From Pseudomonadota bacterium (GTDB taxonomy: Bacteria > Pseudomonadota > Alphaproteobacteria > Caulobacterales > Hyphomonadaceae): a stretch of DNA of 64,000 nucleotides. Under the pieces are notes generated by a model. The model was not told the DNA's origin, made no database searches, and saw only the letters and a list, made by a program, of their open reading frames with translations. The stretch's first letter is position 1. Each line of letters opens with the position of its first letter. A program made the position numbers and the translations under genes. This document shows, in pieces, positions 37,869-46,519 of the stretch. Where the stretch lies: positions 16,195 to 80,194 of the forward strand of contig JBCBTJ010000002.1 in assembly GCA_039818665.1 (NCBI GenBank). The letters run 5' to 3'.

Positions 37869-38591
37869 CTATTCGAACAGATCCGGCTGATCCGCGTCAG
37901 CCTCCAGCGCCTCTCGCGCCAAGGGGATCGTCGGGCGCCGGCCTGTCTTGTCGACCAGCGCGTCCAAACGCTCCACAAAGCGCTCAATCCCGGCATAGGT
38001 CCTCTCAAGCCGAATGCAAAGATAGTCGACCACGTCGTCGGGAAGTTTCATGTATCGTCGACGGCACGCCGATCTAAGCCGCAAAGCCGTCATCTCCTCG
38101 TCCGGCGGCTCGATCTCCACGACGGGCGCGGCGCTCAAACGCGAGCGCAGATCCTTGGATAGCACATCCCAGGCCGCGGGCGGGCGACGCGCCGTCAGCA
38201 AAACCCGCCCATCATCCGCGCCGGCTTGATTGAGCAAGGTCAACAACGCCCCTTCGTCCTGAATCAAGTCGGCATCGTCGATCGCGACCGCCGCCGTCGA
38301 CGCGACCGAGTCCACATCGGCGGCGGCCACACACCGTCCGCCCGCCTCTTTCGCCCAGGCGCGCGAAAGCGTCGTCAAACCGCAAGCCGGCGGCCCGACA
38401 ACGCAGAGGGCGGGCGCCGGCCATTCCCGCCAACGCCGCACGATGCGAAGCGCCGCCGCATTGGACGGCGACGCGTCGAGGCTGGAGAGCGTCGGCTCCG
38501 CCGCTCCGAAATCCAGTTTAGGAGGCGAGCCTTCAGGCTCCTGCGGCGCGTCGGTCACGGCGCTCCCGAAATCGCGGAGGTCAGGGTCCAA
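37869..38591 (-). CDS. hdaA: HdaA-like DnaA-related regulatory protein (degenerate P-loop)
   Basis: 240 aa. Size, position beside purM and a DnaA domain III-like layout (VVGPPACGLTTLS...IDDADL...LLTARRPP...RL) fit HdaA. An alternative GTG at 38558 would give a GTGA overlap with the upstream gene's stop. Confidence 0.6.
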   Translation of the reverse strand: MDPDLRDFGSAVTDAPQEPEGSPPKLDFGAAEPTLSSLDASPSNAAALRIVRRWREWPAPALCVVGPPACGLTTLSRAWAKEAGGRCVAAADVDSVASTAAVAIDDADLIQDEGALLTLLNQAGADDGRVLLTARRPPAAWDVLSKDLRSRLSAAPVVEIEPPDEEMTALRLRSACRRRYMKLPDDVVDYLCIRLERTYAGIERFVERLDALVDKTGRRPTIPLAREALEADADQPDLFE

Positions 38592-39568
38592 CCGTTCTCA
38601 TCAACGCCGATGGCGACGCCGCGCTGGCGCAGCTCCGCCGCGAACCGCTCGATCTCGCCGGCGAAGGCGAAATCGACGATCGCGCCGCCACGCGAAATCG
38701 CTTTGATGCTAAAATCCGACACGAGCGGGGATTGCGCCAACGCCGCGCGCAAGGTGTTCCACTCGACGATGGACGTGTAGGCGACATTGGCTTCGACAAA
38801 GGTTCGCGAGGCCCCCAAGCCGACCAGCGCCTGGTTCTTCCAGGCCCGCTCCAAAACGCTGCGCGCCGCGACCACGGCCGCATCGAGGTCCGGCACAGCC
38901 TGTGTTGATCCGATCGGACTGGCGCCGCCCGCCGTGACAAGCGACAAGCGGACGCTGTAGGCGCCCTCTAATCCGCGCAGATTGGCGATGATCCCACGTT
39001 GCGCGCCGACTTGGGTCGCTTCGACAACCATGTCGTCCCAGGTGGCGAACGGCCCGTAAAAGTCGGCCGCCGTCACATAGGGCGCCAATGTCGCCGCCCG
39101 GCCCGCCTCCCAAGCCGTCGACCAAGCGATCTGATTGTCCGCGCTGGTTGGCGCAAGCAGCGCCAGAGGCGCTTGCGTGTCGAGATAGGGAATGCCGCGC
39201 TGCTCTAGAAGCGGGCGGACCGTCTGCGGGTTCAAAACGACAGACAGCACGCCGAGATAGCGCCCGCCGCCGCGCGTCTCTTCTTGCACATCGACAGCGC
39301 TGGCGAGCGTTTGGGCAAGCTCCAAATCAATTGGAACGCCTCCCACTGCGGCGCGGTCGGCCGGTTGCGTGATCCGCGCCACCAAGGCCCGCGCCGCGAT
39401 CAGCCGCGCTTGCGCGAATGCGGCCTGTTGGGCTTCGATCACCGTGTCCGCGCGTTCGTCCACAGGGATGTCGCGGATCGTATAGACGTCGCGAATGTCG
39501 GCCGAAGCGGTCGCGGCGGCGAAGAGAGCGGCGGTCGCCGCGATGAGAAAGCGAATCATTGCGCGCAT
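38555..39568 (-). CDS. hypothetical secreted protein
   Basis: 337 aa. Signal peptide MRAMIRFLIAATAALFAAATASA. No family recognised. Confidence 0.5.
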   Translation of the reverse strand: MRAMIRFLIAATAALFAAATASADIRDVYTIRDIPVDERADTVIEAQQAAFAQARLIAARALVARITQPADRAAVGGVPIDLELAQTLASAVDVQEETRGGGRYLGVLSVVLNPQTVRPLLEQRGIPYLDTQAPLALLAPTSADNQIAWSTAWEAGRAATLAPYVTAADFYGPFATWDDMVVEATQVGAQRGIIANLRGLEGAYSVRLSLVTAGGASPIGSTQAVPDLDAAVVAARSVLERAWKNQALVGLGASRTFVEANVAYTSIVEWNTLRAALAQSPLVSDFSIKAISRGGAIVDFAFAGEIERFAAELRQRGVAIGVDENGWTLTSAISGAP

Positions 39569-39663
39569 ATCTCCCTTTGCCTCGCTTCTAGCAGCCGTCC
39601 TGTCGGCTCGGAACCGCCCGCCTCCACTGGCGAGCCGGTTTTCCCCATGCTAACGCGCCGCGG

Positions 39664-40689
39664 ATGAATGATTCCAAATCGCCGCCTCTCTCCTATCGCG
39701 ACGCCGGTGTCGACATTGAGGCGGGCGGGCGCCTAGTTGAGGCGATCGCGCCGCTCGCCAAAGCGACGCGCCGCGCCGGCGTCATGGGCGGCCTCGGCGG
39801 TTTCGGCGGCCTCTTCGATCTAAAAGCTGAAGGCTTCGAAGACCCCGTGCTCGTGTCGGGAACGGACGGCGTCGGGACGAAATTGATGCTGGCCTTCGAG
39901 ACAGGCCGGCACGACACGGTAGGTCAAGATCTCGTCGCCATGTGCGTCAACGATGTGCTCGCCCAGGGCGCAGAGCCTTTGTTCTTCTTAGATTATTTCG
40001 CCTGCGGGCGCCTCGACGCCGGCGTGGCGGAAGCCGTGATCGCCGGGGTCGCCAAGGGATGCGCGGAAGCCGGCTGCGCCCTCATCGGCGGCGAAACGGC
40101 CGAAATGCCCGGCATGTACGCCGATGGACACTATGACCTCGCCGGCTTCGTCGTCGGCGCGGCCGAGCGTGCGCGGATGCTGCCCGATCATCATCTTATG
40201 GCGGCGGGCGACGTGCTGATCGGCCTCTCAGCCTCCGGCCCCCACTCCAACGGCTACTCCCTGATCCGAAAAATCGTGGAGCGGTCAGGCCTCGCTTATG
40301 ACGACCCCGCCCCATTCGCGAACACCAGCCTCGGCGAAGCCTTGCTGACGCCGACGCGGCTTTACCCGAAGCTCATCCTACCCCTCATTCGCGCAGACCT
40401 TCTGACCGGCGTGTCGCACATCACCGGCGGCGGTCTCATCGAAAACGCGCCGCGCATGTGCCCGGAGAGCCTCGCGCCCCATATCGACTACACCGCTTGG
40501 ACACCCCCCAAAGTGTTTGAATGGCTGCAAACGGCCGGCGGCGTCGAGACAGATGAGATGCGCCGAACCTTCAATATGGGTATCGGCCTCATATTGGCCG
40601 TTCCGCAGGACAAGGCCGGCGATGCGCTGGCCGCGCTCAAAGACGGCGGCGAACAAGGCGTCGTCATTGGCGAGATCGCTGAACGGTGA
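39664..40689 (+). CDS. purM: phosphoribosylformylglycinamidine cyclo-ligase
   Basis: 341 aa. SYRDAGVDIEAG, DGVGTKL and GGETAEMPG are canonical PurM motifs. Confidence 0.95.
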   Translation: MNDSKSPPLSYRDAGVDIEAGGRLVEAIAPLAKATRRAGVMGGLGGFGGLFDLKAEGFEDPVLVSGTDGVGTKLMLAFETGRHDTVGQDLVAMCVNDVLAQGAEPLFFLDYFACGRLDAGVAEAVIAGVAKGCAEAGCALIGGETAEMPGMYADGHYDLAGFVVGAAERARMLPDHHLMAAGDVLIGLSASGPHSNGYSLIRKIVERSGLAYDDPAPFANTSLGEALLTPTRLYPKLILPLIRADLLTGVSHITGGGLIENAPRMCPESLAPHIDYTAWTPPKVFEWLQTAGGVETDEMRRTFNMGIGLILAVPQDKAGDALAALKDGGEQGVVIGEIAER

Positions 40690-41273
40690 CGCGGATCCAA
40701 GTCGGCATCCTCATCTCTGGCCGCGGCTCCAATATGGAAGCGCTTGTCAGGGCCATGCAGGCGCCAGAGTTTCCCGCCGAACCGGCACTTGTGCTCTCGA
40801 ACCGACCAGAGGCCGCGGGCCTCGACATCGCCGCTTCGCTCGGCGTCGAGACGGCCGCCATCGATCACAAACCTTTCGGCAAAGACCGGGAAGCGTTCGA
40901 ACGCGAGGTCGACGCGGCGCTGCGGCGCGCCGGCGTAGAACTTGTCGCCCTCGCCGGCTTCATGCGCGTGCTGACGCCCTGGTTCGTCTCTCAATGGCGC
41001 GGACGGCTGATCAACATCCACCCCTCGTTGCTGCCAAAGCACAAAGGCATCGACACGCACGCCCGCGCGCTGGAAGCCGGCGACACGGAAGCCGGCTGCA
41101 CGGTCCACTTCGTCAATGAAGGCGTCGACGATGGCGAGATTATTGACCAAGCGCGCGTGCCGATCGTCGACGGCGACACGCCTGAGACGCTCGCCGCACG
41201 CGTCTTGGTCGAAGAGCACAAGCTCTATCCGCGCGCGCTTTTGAAAGTCTGCGTGCGCCTTAGCGCCGGCTAA
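40686..41273 (+). CDS. purN: phosphoribosylglycinamide formyltransferase
   Basis: 195 aa. ILISGRGSNMEAL, INIHPSLLP and GCTVHFV are PurN motifs. 4-nt overlap with purM. Confidence 0.9.
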   Translation: MTRIQVGILISGRGSNMEALVRAMQAPEFPAEPALVLSNRPEAAGLDIAASLGVETAAIDHKPFGKDREAFEREVDAALRRAGVELVALAGFMRVLTPWFVSQWRGRLINIHPSLLPKHKGIDTHARALEAGDTEAGCTVHFVNEGVDDGEIIDQARVPIVDGDTPETLAARVLVEEHKLYPRALLKVCVRLSAG

Positions 41274-41626
41274 ATCGGTTCTGAGAGGGCTATGACCACC
41301 GCTTTCAAAAGCGCGTCTTTGCGACGCTCCATGGTCGGCAGCTCTTCATAGGGCACCATCATCGGATGGGTCTTGGCTTCGGGATCCTTCTCAGCGCCGT
41401 GCCGCCAGCCGTCCCGCTCCTTTTGCCGCATCCACTGATCGTGCTGAGCCGAAGGCGGCGCGGACGGATTGGCGATCGTGAACTCGACGCTCTCGGCCGT
41501 GGAGTCGCGCATCCAATCGGGCGCCTCATCCCATTCCGGCAGCAAAGGCTGACCGTTGGCGACCGACCAGGCGCGTATGGCGTCATGCACCACGCGCGAG
41601 ATGGCGGTGATATCCGGTTCGCTCAT
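41270..41626 (-). CDS. RyR (ryanodine-receptor repeat) domain protein
   Basis: 118 aa. HDQWMRQKERDGWRHGAEKDPEAKTHPMMVPYEELPTMERRKDALLKAVV matches the bacterial RyR-domain pattern H..W......GW..G........HP.lvpYeeLp...k..d. AAGGAGG lies upstream of the ATG. Confidence 0.65.
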   Translation of the reverse strand: MSEPDITAISRVVHDAIRAWSVANGQPLLPEWDEAPDWMRDSTAESVEFTIANPSAPPSAQHDQWMRQKERDGWRHGAEKDPEAKTHPMMVPYEELPTMERRKDALLKAVVIALSEPI

Positions 41627-41672
41627 ATCAAGGCGTCCCTCCTTGGAGAGAGACTAACGCTCCGCGCCCAAA

Positions 41673-41687
41673 GCCGCAAAAAGCGGC
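41673..41687 (-). terminator. weak terminator-like hairpin after ndk
   Basis: The minus strand reads GCCGC-TTTTT-GCGGC followed by TTTGGG, 4 nt after the ndk stop. The stem is only 5 bp. Confidence 0.3.
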
Positions 41688-41690
41688 CGC

Positions 41691-42113
41691 TCAGCCAACG
41701 ATGTCAGCTTCTGAAAAGAACTGCGCGATTTCGATCGCCGCATTCTCGTCGCTGTCCGAACCATGCGCGGAATTCTCACCGATCGACTTGGCGAATTCAG
41801 CTCGGATCGTGCCGGGATCAGCTTCTTCAGGGTTCGTCGCGCCCATCACTTTCCGATACGCGGCGACCGCGTCTTCGCCTTCCAACACCTGCACGACGAC
41901 GGGGCCGGAGGTCATAAACTCGACCAGTTCGCCAAAGAACGGACGCTCTTTGTGCACGTCGTAGAAGCGTTCAGCTTGTTCGCGCGTCATGCGGATGCGG
42001 CGCTGTCCGACAATGCGCAGGCCGGCCTTTTCGATGAGCGCGTTGACCGCCCCGGTCAGATTGCGCGCCGTGGCGTCAGGCTTGATGATCGAAAACGTGC
42101 GTTGGACGGCCAT
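41691..42113 (-). CDS. ndk: nucleoside-diphosphate kinase
   Basis: 140 aa. [10 protein letters not shown] and NSAHGSDS (catalytic His). Confidence 0.95.
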   Translation of the reverse strand: MAVQRTFSIIKPDATARNLTGAVNALIEKAGLRIVGQRRIRMTREQAERFYDVHKERPFFGELVEFMTSGPVVVQVLEGEDAVAAYRKVMGATNPEEADPGTIRAEFAKSIGENSAHGSDSDENAAIEIAQFFSEADIVG

Positions 42114-42196
42114 GAAACGGCGCTCCTGTCTGAACTTCCGGGGAATTTGCGCGCCCTATAGCGGCCGCCCCCGGCGAGCACAAGCGGCCTTGCCCG

Positions 42197-42646
42197 CTAG
42201 GTCCGCTCTTTCCAGCCGCGCCCAGCCTGCTGGAAGTAGCGAACCTCCAAGCCGGCGTCCTTCGCTGCCTTGAACTGGGCCCGTGCGACGGCGCGCACCG
42301 GCGCGTCGCCATCTTCGAACATCACCATGCACCGCTCAAACGGCGCGTCCGGCGGCGCTTCGCCGCCGTCGAACAAAAGCGCCGCTTTCGCGCCGTTCGC
42401 ATTGTCCAATGTCGGCGAGATCAAGACCGGTTGCCGCCCCGCCTCGCCGTCGCCGTCAGAGCGCCCGTGCGGCAGGAAGCTGCCGTCGGCGAATGTCCAC
42501 AGCGCTTCGTCCAACTCGGCGCGACGCCGCTCCGACGGGCTGACGGCGAGGACCCGCCAATCGCGCTCCAAGCATTTCTCGATTAAGGGCGCAGCCGCCA
42601 GCTCCGGCCGGCTGCGCTCAAGATGATAGAACCACCAGGCGGCCAC
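42197..42646 (-). CDS. holC: DNA polymerase III subunit chi
   Basis: GTG at 42646 gives MAAWWFYHLERS...LIEKCLERDWRVLAVSPSERRRAELDEALWTFADGSFLPHG, the chi-subunit pattern. It follows pepA as in many proteobacteria. Confidence 0.8.
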   Translation of the reverse strand: MAAWWFYHLERSRPELAAAPLIEKCLERDWRVLAVSPSERRRAELDEALWTFADGSFLPHGRSDGDGEAGRQPVLISPTLDNANGAKAALLFDGGEAPPDAPFERCMVMFEDGDAPVRAVARAQFKAAKDAGLEVRYFQQAGRGWKERT

Positions 42647-42654
42647 GACGCGCC

Positions 42655-44121
42655 TCAGCCCTCGTAATTGTCGCGGATCCAACGCTCCAACAGGCGCGGC
42701 CCGAAGCCGGACGCCCAAGATGGATCGAGCGGGCTCTTCTCGCCTTCTTTCCAAGCCACGCCGGCGATGTCCAAATGCGCCCAGTCGACGCCCTTCTCGA
42801 TGAAGCGCTGGAGGAACTGAGCCGCGGTGGCCGAGCCCGCCGCCCGGCCGCCAATGTTCCGCATGTCGGCGAATTTCGATTTTATGAGCTTGTCGTAGTT
42901 CTCGCAGAGCGGCATGCGCCACACCGGCTCGCCCTCCGCTTCGCCGGCCGCAGTCAGTTCTTTCGCCAGTCTGTCGGAGTTCGTGAACAAACCGCCATAT
43001 TCGTGGCCGAGCGCGAATATGATCGCGCCGGTGAGCGTGGCGAGATCCACGACAGCCTTCGGCTTGAACTTATTCTGCGCGTACCAAAGCACGTCAGCGA
43101 GGACGAGCCGGCCTTCAGCGTCGGTGTTTTGAATTTCAATCGTTTGTCCGGACGCGCTGGTGACGATGTCCCCCGGGCGTTGGGCATTGCCGTCCGGCAT
43201 GTTCTCCACGAGGCCGACAAGGCCGACCACGTTGACCTTCGCCTTCCGAGCCGCCAGCGCCTTGATCGCGCCGGCGACCGCCGCCGCGCCGCCCATATCG
43301 CCCTTCATGTCCTCCATCTGAGGCCCGGGCTTCAGCGAGATGCCGCCCGTATCGAAGCAGACCCCTTTGCCGACGAGCAGCAACGGATCCTGGTCGTCAG
43401 GCCCGCCCATCCATTTCATGATGCCTAGCTGGCTTTCTCGGACGCTGCCTTGGCCGACGCCGAGCATCGAATGCATGCCGAGGCTCGCCATCTTTTTCTC
43501 GCCGAGGATCTCCACCTCGACGCCATCCGCCTCTAGCTTTTTGAGCCGATCGGCGAACTCGCCGGGATGCAGAATGTTGGGCGGCTCGTTCATCAAGTCG
43601 CGGGCGAGCTCAGTCCCGCTGGCCCCGGCCTCAAGCGGCGCATAAGCCGCCTTCGCCGCTTTAACGTCAGCTGTGGCGAGCGTAAGCGTGCCGAGGCTCG
43701 GCTTCTGCTCGGGTTTCAGCTTTGTGAAATAAGTGTCGAACCGATAGGCCGCGAGCCGAGCGCCCAGCGCCGCCCGCGCCGCGCTTTCGGCGTCGTCAAC
43801 GTGTAACACTGCCGTTTTGTGCCCGCTTAGCAGATTGTCTTTCACCAAAGACGCCCCGAGCCGCTCATAGGCGCGCTCGCTTCGATCTTTGGGCTTTCCG
43901 CCGCCTAGCAAGACCGCTTTGGCCGGGCCCGCGTCCTTCGGCAGAACCACGTTCGCGGATTGACCGGCGCGACCCTTGAACCGGCCAGCCTCGGCGGCGG
44001 CTGACAATAGGCCGCCGACCGCCGCATCCAGCGCCTCGGCCTCCTCCGGAAGCCCCGCGCCCTCATCGACGATGAACGCCGCGATGTCTGCGTCGGCCGA
44101 GCCCGCGAACTTGATTTTCAT
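42655..44121 (-). CDS. pepA: leucyl aminopeptidase
   Basis: 488 aa. M17 motifs VGKGVCFDTGGISLKPG and NTDAEGRLVLAD. Confidence 0.9.
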   Translation of the reverse strand: MKIKFAGSADADIAAFIVDEGAGLPEEAEALDAAVGGLLSAAAEAGRFKGRAGQSANVVLPKDAGPAKAVLLGGGKPKDRSERAYERLGASLVKDNLLSGHKTAVLHVDDAESAARAALGARLAAYRFDTYFTKLKPEQKPSLGTLTLATADVKAAKAAYAPLEAGASGTELARDLMNEPPNILHPGEFADRLKKLEADGVEVEILGEKKMASLGMHSMLGVGQGSVRESQLGIMKWMGGPDDQDPLLLVGKGVCFDTGGISLKPGPQMEDMKGDMGGAAAVAGAIKALAARKAKVNVVGLVGLVENMPDGNAQRPGDIVTSASGQTIEIQNTDAEGRLVLADVLWYAQNKFKPKAVVDLATLTGAIIFALGHEYGGLFTNSDRLAKELTAAGEAEGEPVWRMPLCENYDKLIKSKFADMRNIGGRAAGSATAAQFLQRFIEKGVDWAHLDIAGVAWKEGEKSPLDPSWASGFGPRLLERWIRDNYEG

Positions 44122-44217
44122 ATGCGAAAACTCCTGTTTTACTGGAAACTAGTCATCGACGCGCCCTGTGCAACTCGCTAGCAATTCGGCCATGCCAAAG
44201 CGACACGGCGGCCTGCC

Positions 44218-45354
44218 ATGACCCGCATGCAGCGTTACATCTATTATCAGACCCTCCGCACGCTTCTGATCATCATTGTCGGGCTGGTGCTGATGGCGCT
44301 CTTGGCCGAGGGGCTGTCGCGCACCGACCTAATCGTCGAGAACCGGCAATCGGCCCTCACCTACCTGAAAGTGGTGGCCCTCGGCGCCCCCCAGGTGATC
44401 TCGCTGCTTCTCCCGCTGGCTGTGTTCGTCGCGTCGGTATGGACGCTGAACAGGATCCACCGCGACTCCGAAATCGTCGTCGCGCAGGCCGCCGGCATGA
44501 CGCATTGGGGCGCTGTCTCTCCAATCCTGCGGCTCGCCGCGATGGTGGCGCTGGTCCACCTGGGCATCAATCTTTGGGTTCAGCCCGCCGCCCAGACCGA
44601 GATGCGCGCCACGATCTCCGAGGCGCGCGCCAATCTCGCCACCACGTTGATACGGCCAGGCCAGTTCACCCATATCGGCGACGATCTCACCTTCTTCGCG
44701 CGGGAGAATCGCGGCGGACGGCTCAGCGACATTTTTATTTCCGACGCGTCCGATCCCGACAGTCCCATCGATTACTTAGCCCAAACCGGCGCGTTTGCAC
44801 GCGTCGCCAATGCGCCCGCGATTGTTATGCAAGACGGGCAGATACTAGAGCGCGACGAAGCCGGCGGTTTGTCGATCCTCGATTTCCAGCTCTACGCCTT
44901 CAGCCTCGCCGAATTCGACGCCGGCGACTCCGACCTTGTCCTAAAGGCGTCCGACAGAACGTTGGACGATCTGTTCTTCGTCGATAGTAACAATTATGTC
45001 GAGATGCTCGATGTCAATCGCTATTACGCGGAGGGGCACTTGCGGCTCTCAAGCCCCTTAATCAGCTTCGTCATGGCCCTGCTGGCGGTCGCCGCGATCT
45101 TACGCGGCGATTTCAGCCGCCGCGGCTATAGCGGCCGCGTCATGGTCGCCACGGCCGGGGCGCTCGGCATTGTTGTCCTGCAAATGGCCGCCGCCGCCAT
45201 CGCGACGGGCGCCCCGATTCTAAACCTGATCCAGTGGGCGGTGCCGGCCGGCGCCGTCTTAACGATCGTTGCATCGGGCGCGCTCGGCCGTCGTCTGGCC
45301 AAGTTCCGTTTAGACCGCGCCAATCAGCGCCTCGGCCAGAGCGCGCCGGCATGA
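44218..45354 (+). CDS. lptF: LPS export ABC transporter permease LptF
   Basis: 378 aa. YjgP/YjgQ-type permease layout (3 TM, periplasmic domain, 3 TM). Divergent from pepA and followed by its paralog. Confidence 0.8.
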   Translation: MTRMQRYIYYQTLRTLLIIIVGLVLMALLAEGLSRTDLIVENRQSALTYLKVVALGAPQVISLLLPLAVFVASVWTLNRIHRDSEIVVAQAAGMTHWGAVSPILRLAAMVALVHLGINLWVQPAAQTEMRATISEARANLATTLIRPGQFTHIGDDLTFFARENRGGRLSDIFISDASDPDSPIDYLAQTGAFARVANAPAIVMQDGQILERDEAGGLSILDFQLYAFSLAEFDAGDSDLVLKASDRTLDDLFFVDSNNYVEMLDVNRYYAEGHLRLSSPLISFVMALLAVAAILRGDFSRRGYSGRVMVATAGALGIVVLQMAAAAIATGAPILNLIQWAVPAGAVLTIVASGALGRRLAKFRLDRANQRLGQSAPA

Positions 45355-46457
45355 GCCCGATCAACCGAATACAGCGCTATATATTCGCCGAGTGCTTCGC
45401 AGCGCTCGCCCTCGTCGTCGGTATCATCGTGTTGGCGATCATGATCGTCGACGTGGTGGAACAGATGCGCACCATCGGCACCCGGGCGGACATCACGCTG
45501 CTCGCGGCCGCCCGCCTCAGCGCGATGAAGCTGCCCATGCTGATCGAACAAACTCTACCGTTCGCAATGTTGGTCGCCACCATGATCGCGTTTTCGCGCC
45601 TTAGCCGGCGGGCGGAGCTGCCGGTGATCCGGGCCAGCGGCGTATCGGCCTGGCGTTTCGTGTCTCCCGCGCTTCTGCTCGCAGTACTTGCCGGGCTTTT
45701 CGCCACGATGGCGCTCAATCCCGTCGGCTCGGCCTTGAAGAATATGTTCGACGACGAGAGCGCGCGCATACTTGCGACGGATGGGCGGCCAGATGCGGCC
45801 GAAGCGCAGGTTTGGCTGCGCGACAGCACAGACGCGCGCCAAATCATCATTCGCGCAGGGAGCCTCGTTCCGAACTCCACGACCCTCGAAAACGTCGTGA
45901 TGATCATTCAAGGCCAAGGCCGCGGCCAAGACGGCATGCAATTCGAACGGCGCATCGACGCCGGCCGCGCGACACTCGCGGAGGGCTACTGGCGGCTAGA
46001 AGACTATGTCGTGAATTATCCAGGCGAACGTCCCCGCGCCGGCGACATGTTGTCGGTGCGCACCGAATTGGAGCGCGAAACCTTGATTGAACGGTTCGGA
46101 TCGCCCGCAGCGATTGGATTCTGGGACCTGCCGGAGTTCATCCGGCAGACCAGCGAGGCGGGATTTGGCGTGACGCGATATCAGATGAGGTGGCACCAAC
46201 TCGCCGCCGCGCCGGCCATGTTCGCCGCCATGGCGATGATCGGCGCCTTGACCTTTTTGCGCTTAGCCCGCCTCGGCGGCGCGACGCGCCTGTTCCTCAT
46301 CGGTGTCGGCGCGGCCATGGCGCTGTTTTTCATCGCGCAATTCTTCGCCAGCCTCGGCGCGGCGGGCGCGTTGCCGCCTCTGACCACGGCCTGGGCGCCG
46401 CCGCTGTTCGCGCTTTTCACGGGGTTCACGATGCTCGCCTTCCAGGAGGACGGTTGA
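45351..46457 (+). CDS. lptG: LPS export ABC transporter permease LptG
   Basis: Internal ATG at 45351 (MSPINRIQRYIFAECF...) forms an ATGA overlap with the lptF stop. Same permease family. Confidence 0.8.
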   Translation: MSPINRIQRYIFAECFAALALVVGIIVLAIMIVDVVEQMRTIGTRADITLLAAARLSAMKLPMLIEQTLPFAMLVATMIAFSRLSRRAELPVIRASGVSAWRFVSPALLLAVLAGLFATMALNPVGSALKNMFDDESARILATDGRPDAAEAQVWLRDSTDARQIIIRAGSLVPNSTTLENVVMIIQGQGRGQDGMQFERRIDAGRATLAEGYWRLEDYVVNYPGERPRAGDMLSVRTELERETLIERFGSPAAIGFWDLPEFIRQTSEAGFGVTRYQMRWHQLAAAPAMFAAMAMIGALTFLRLARLGGATRLFLIGVGAAMALFFIAQFFASLGAAGALPPLTTAWAPPLFALFTGFTMLAFQEDG

Positions 46458-46519
46458 GTCCAAGCGCTTGACTCGCCCGGCGCCCACGCACACTTTCCGC
46501 CGCCTTCGAGGGAGCTTGC

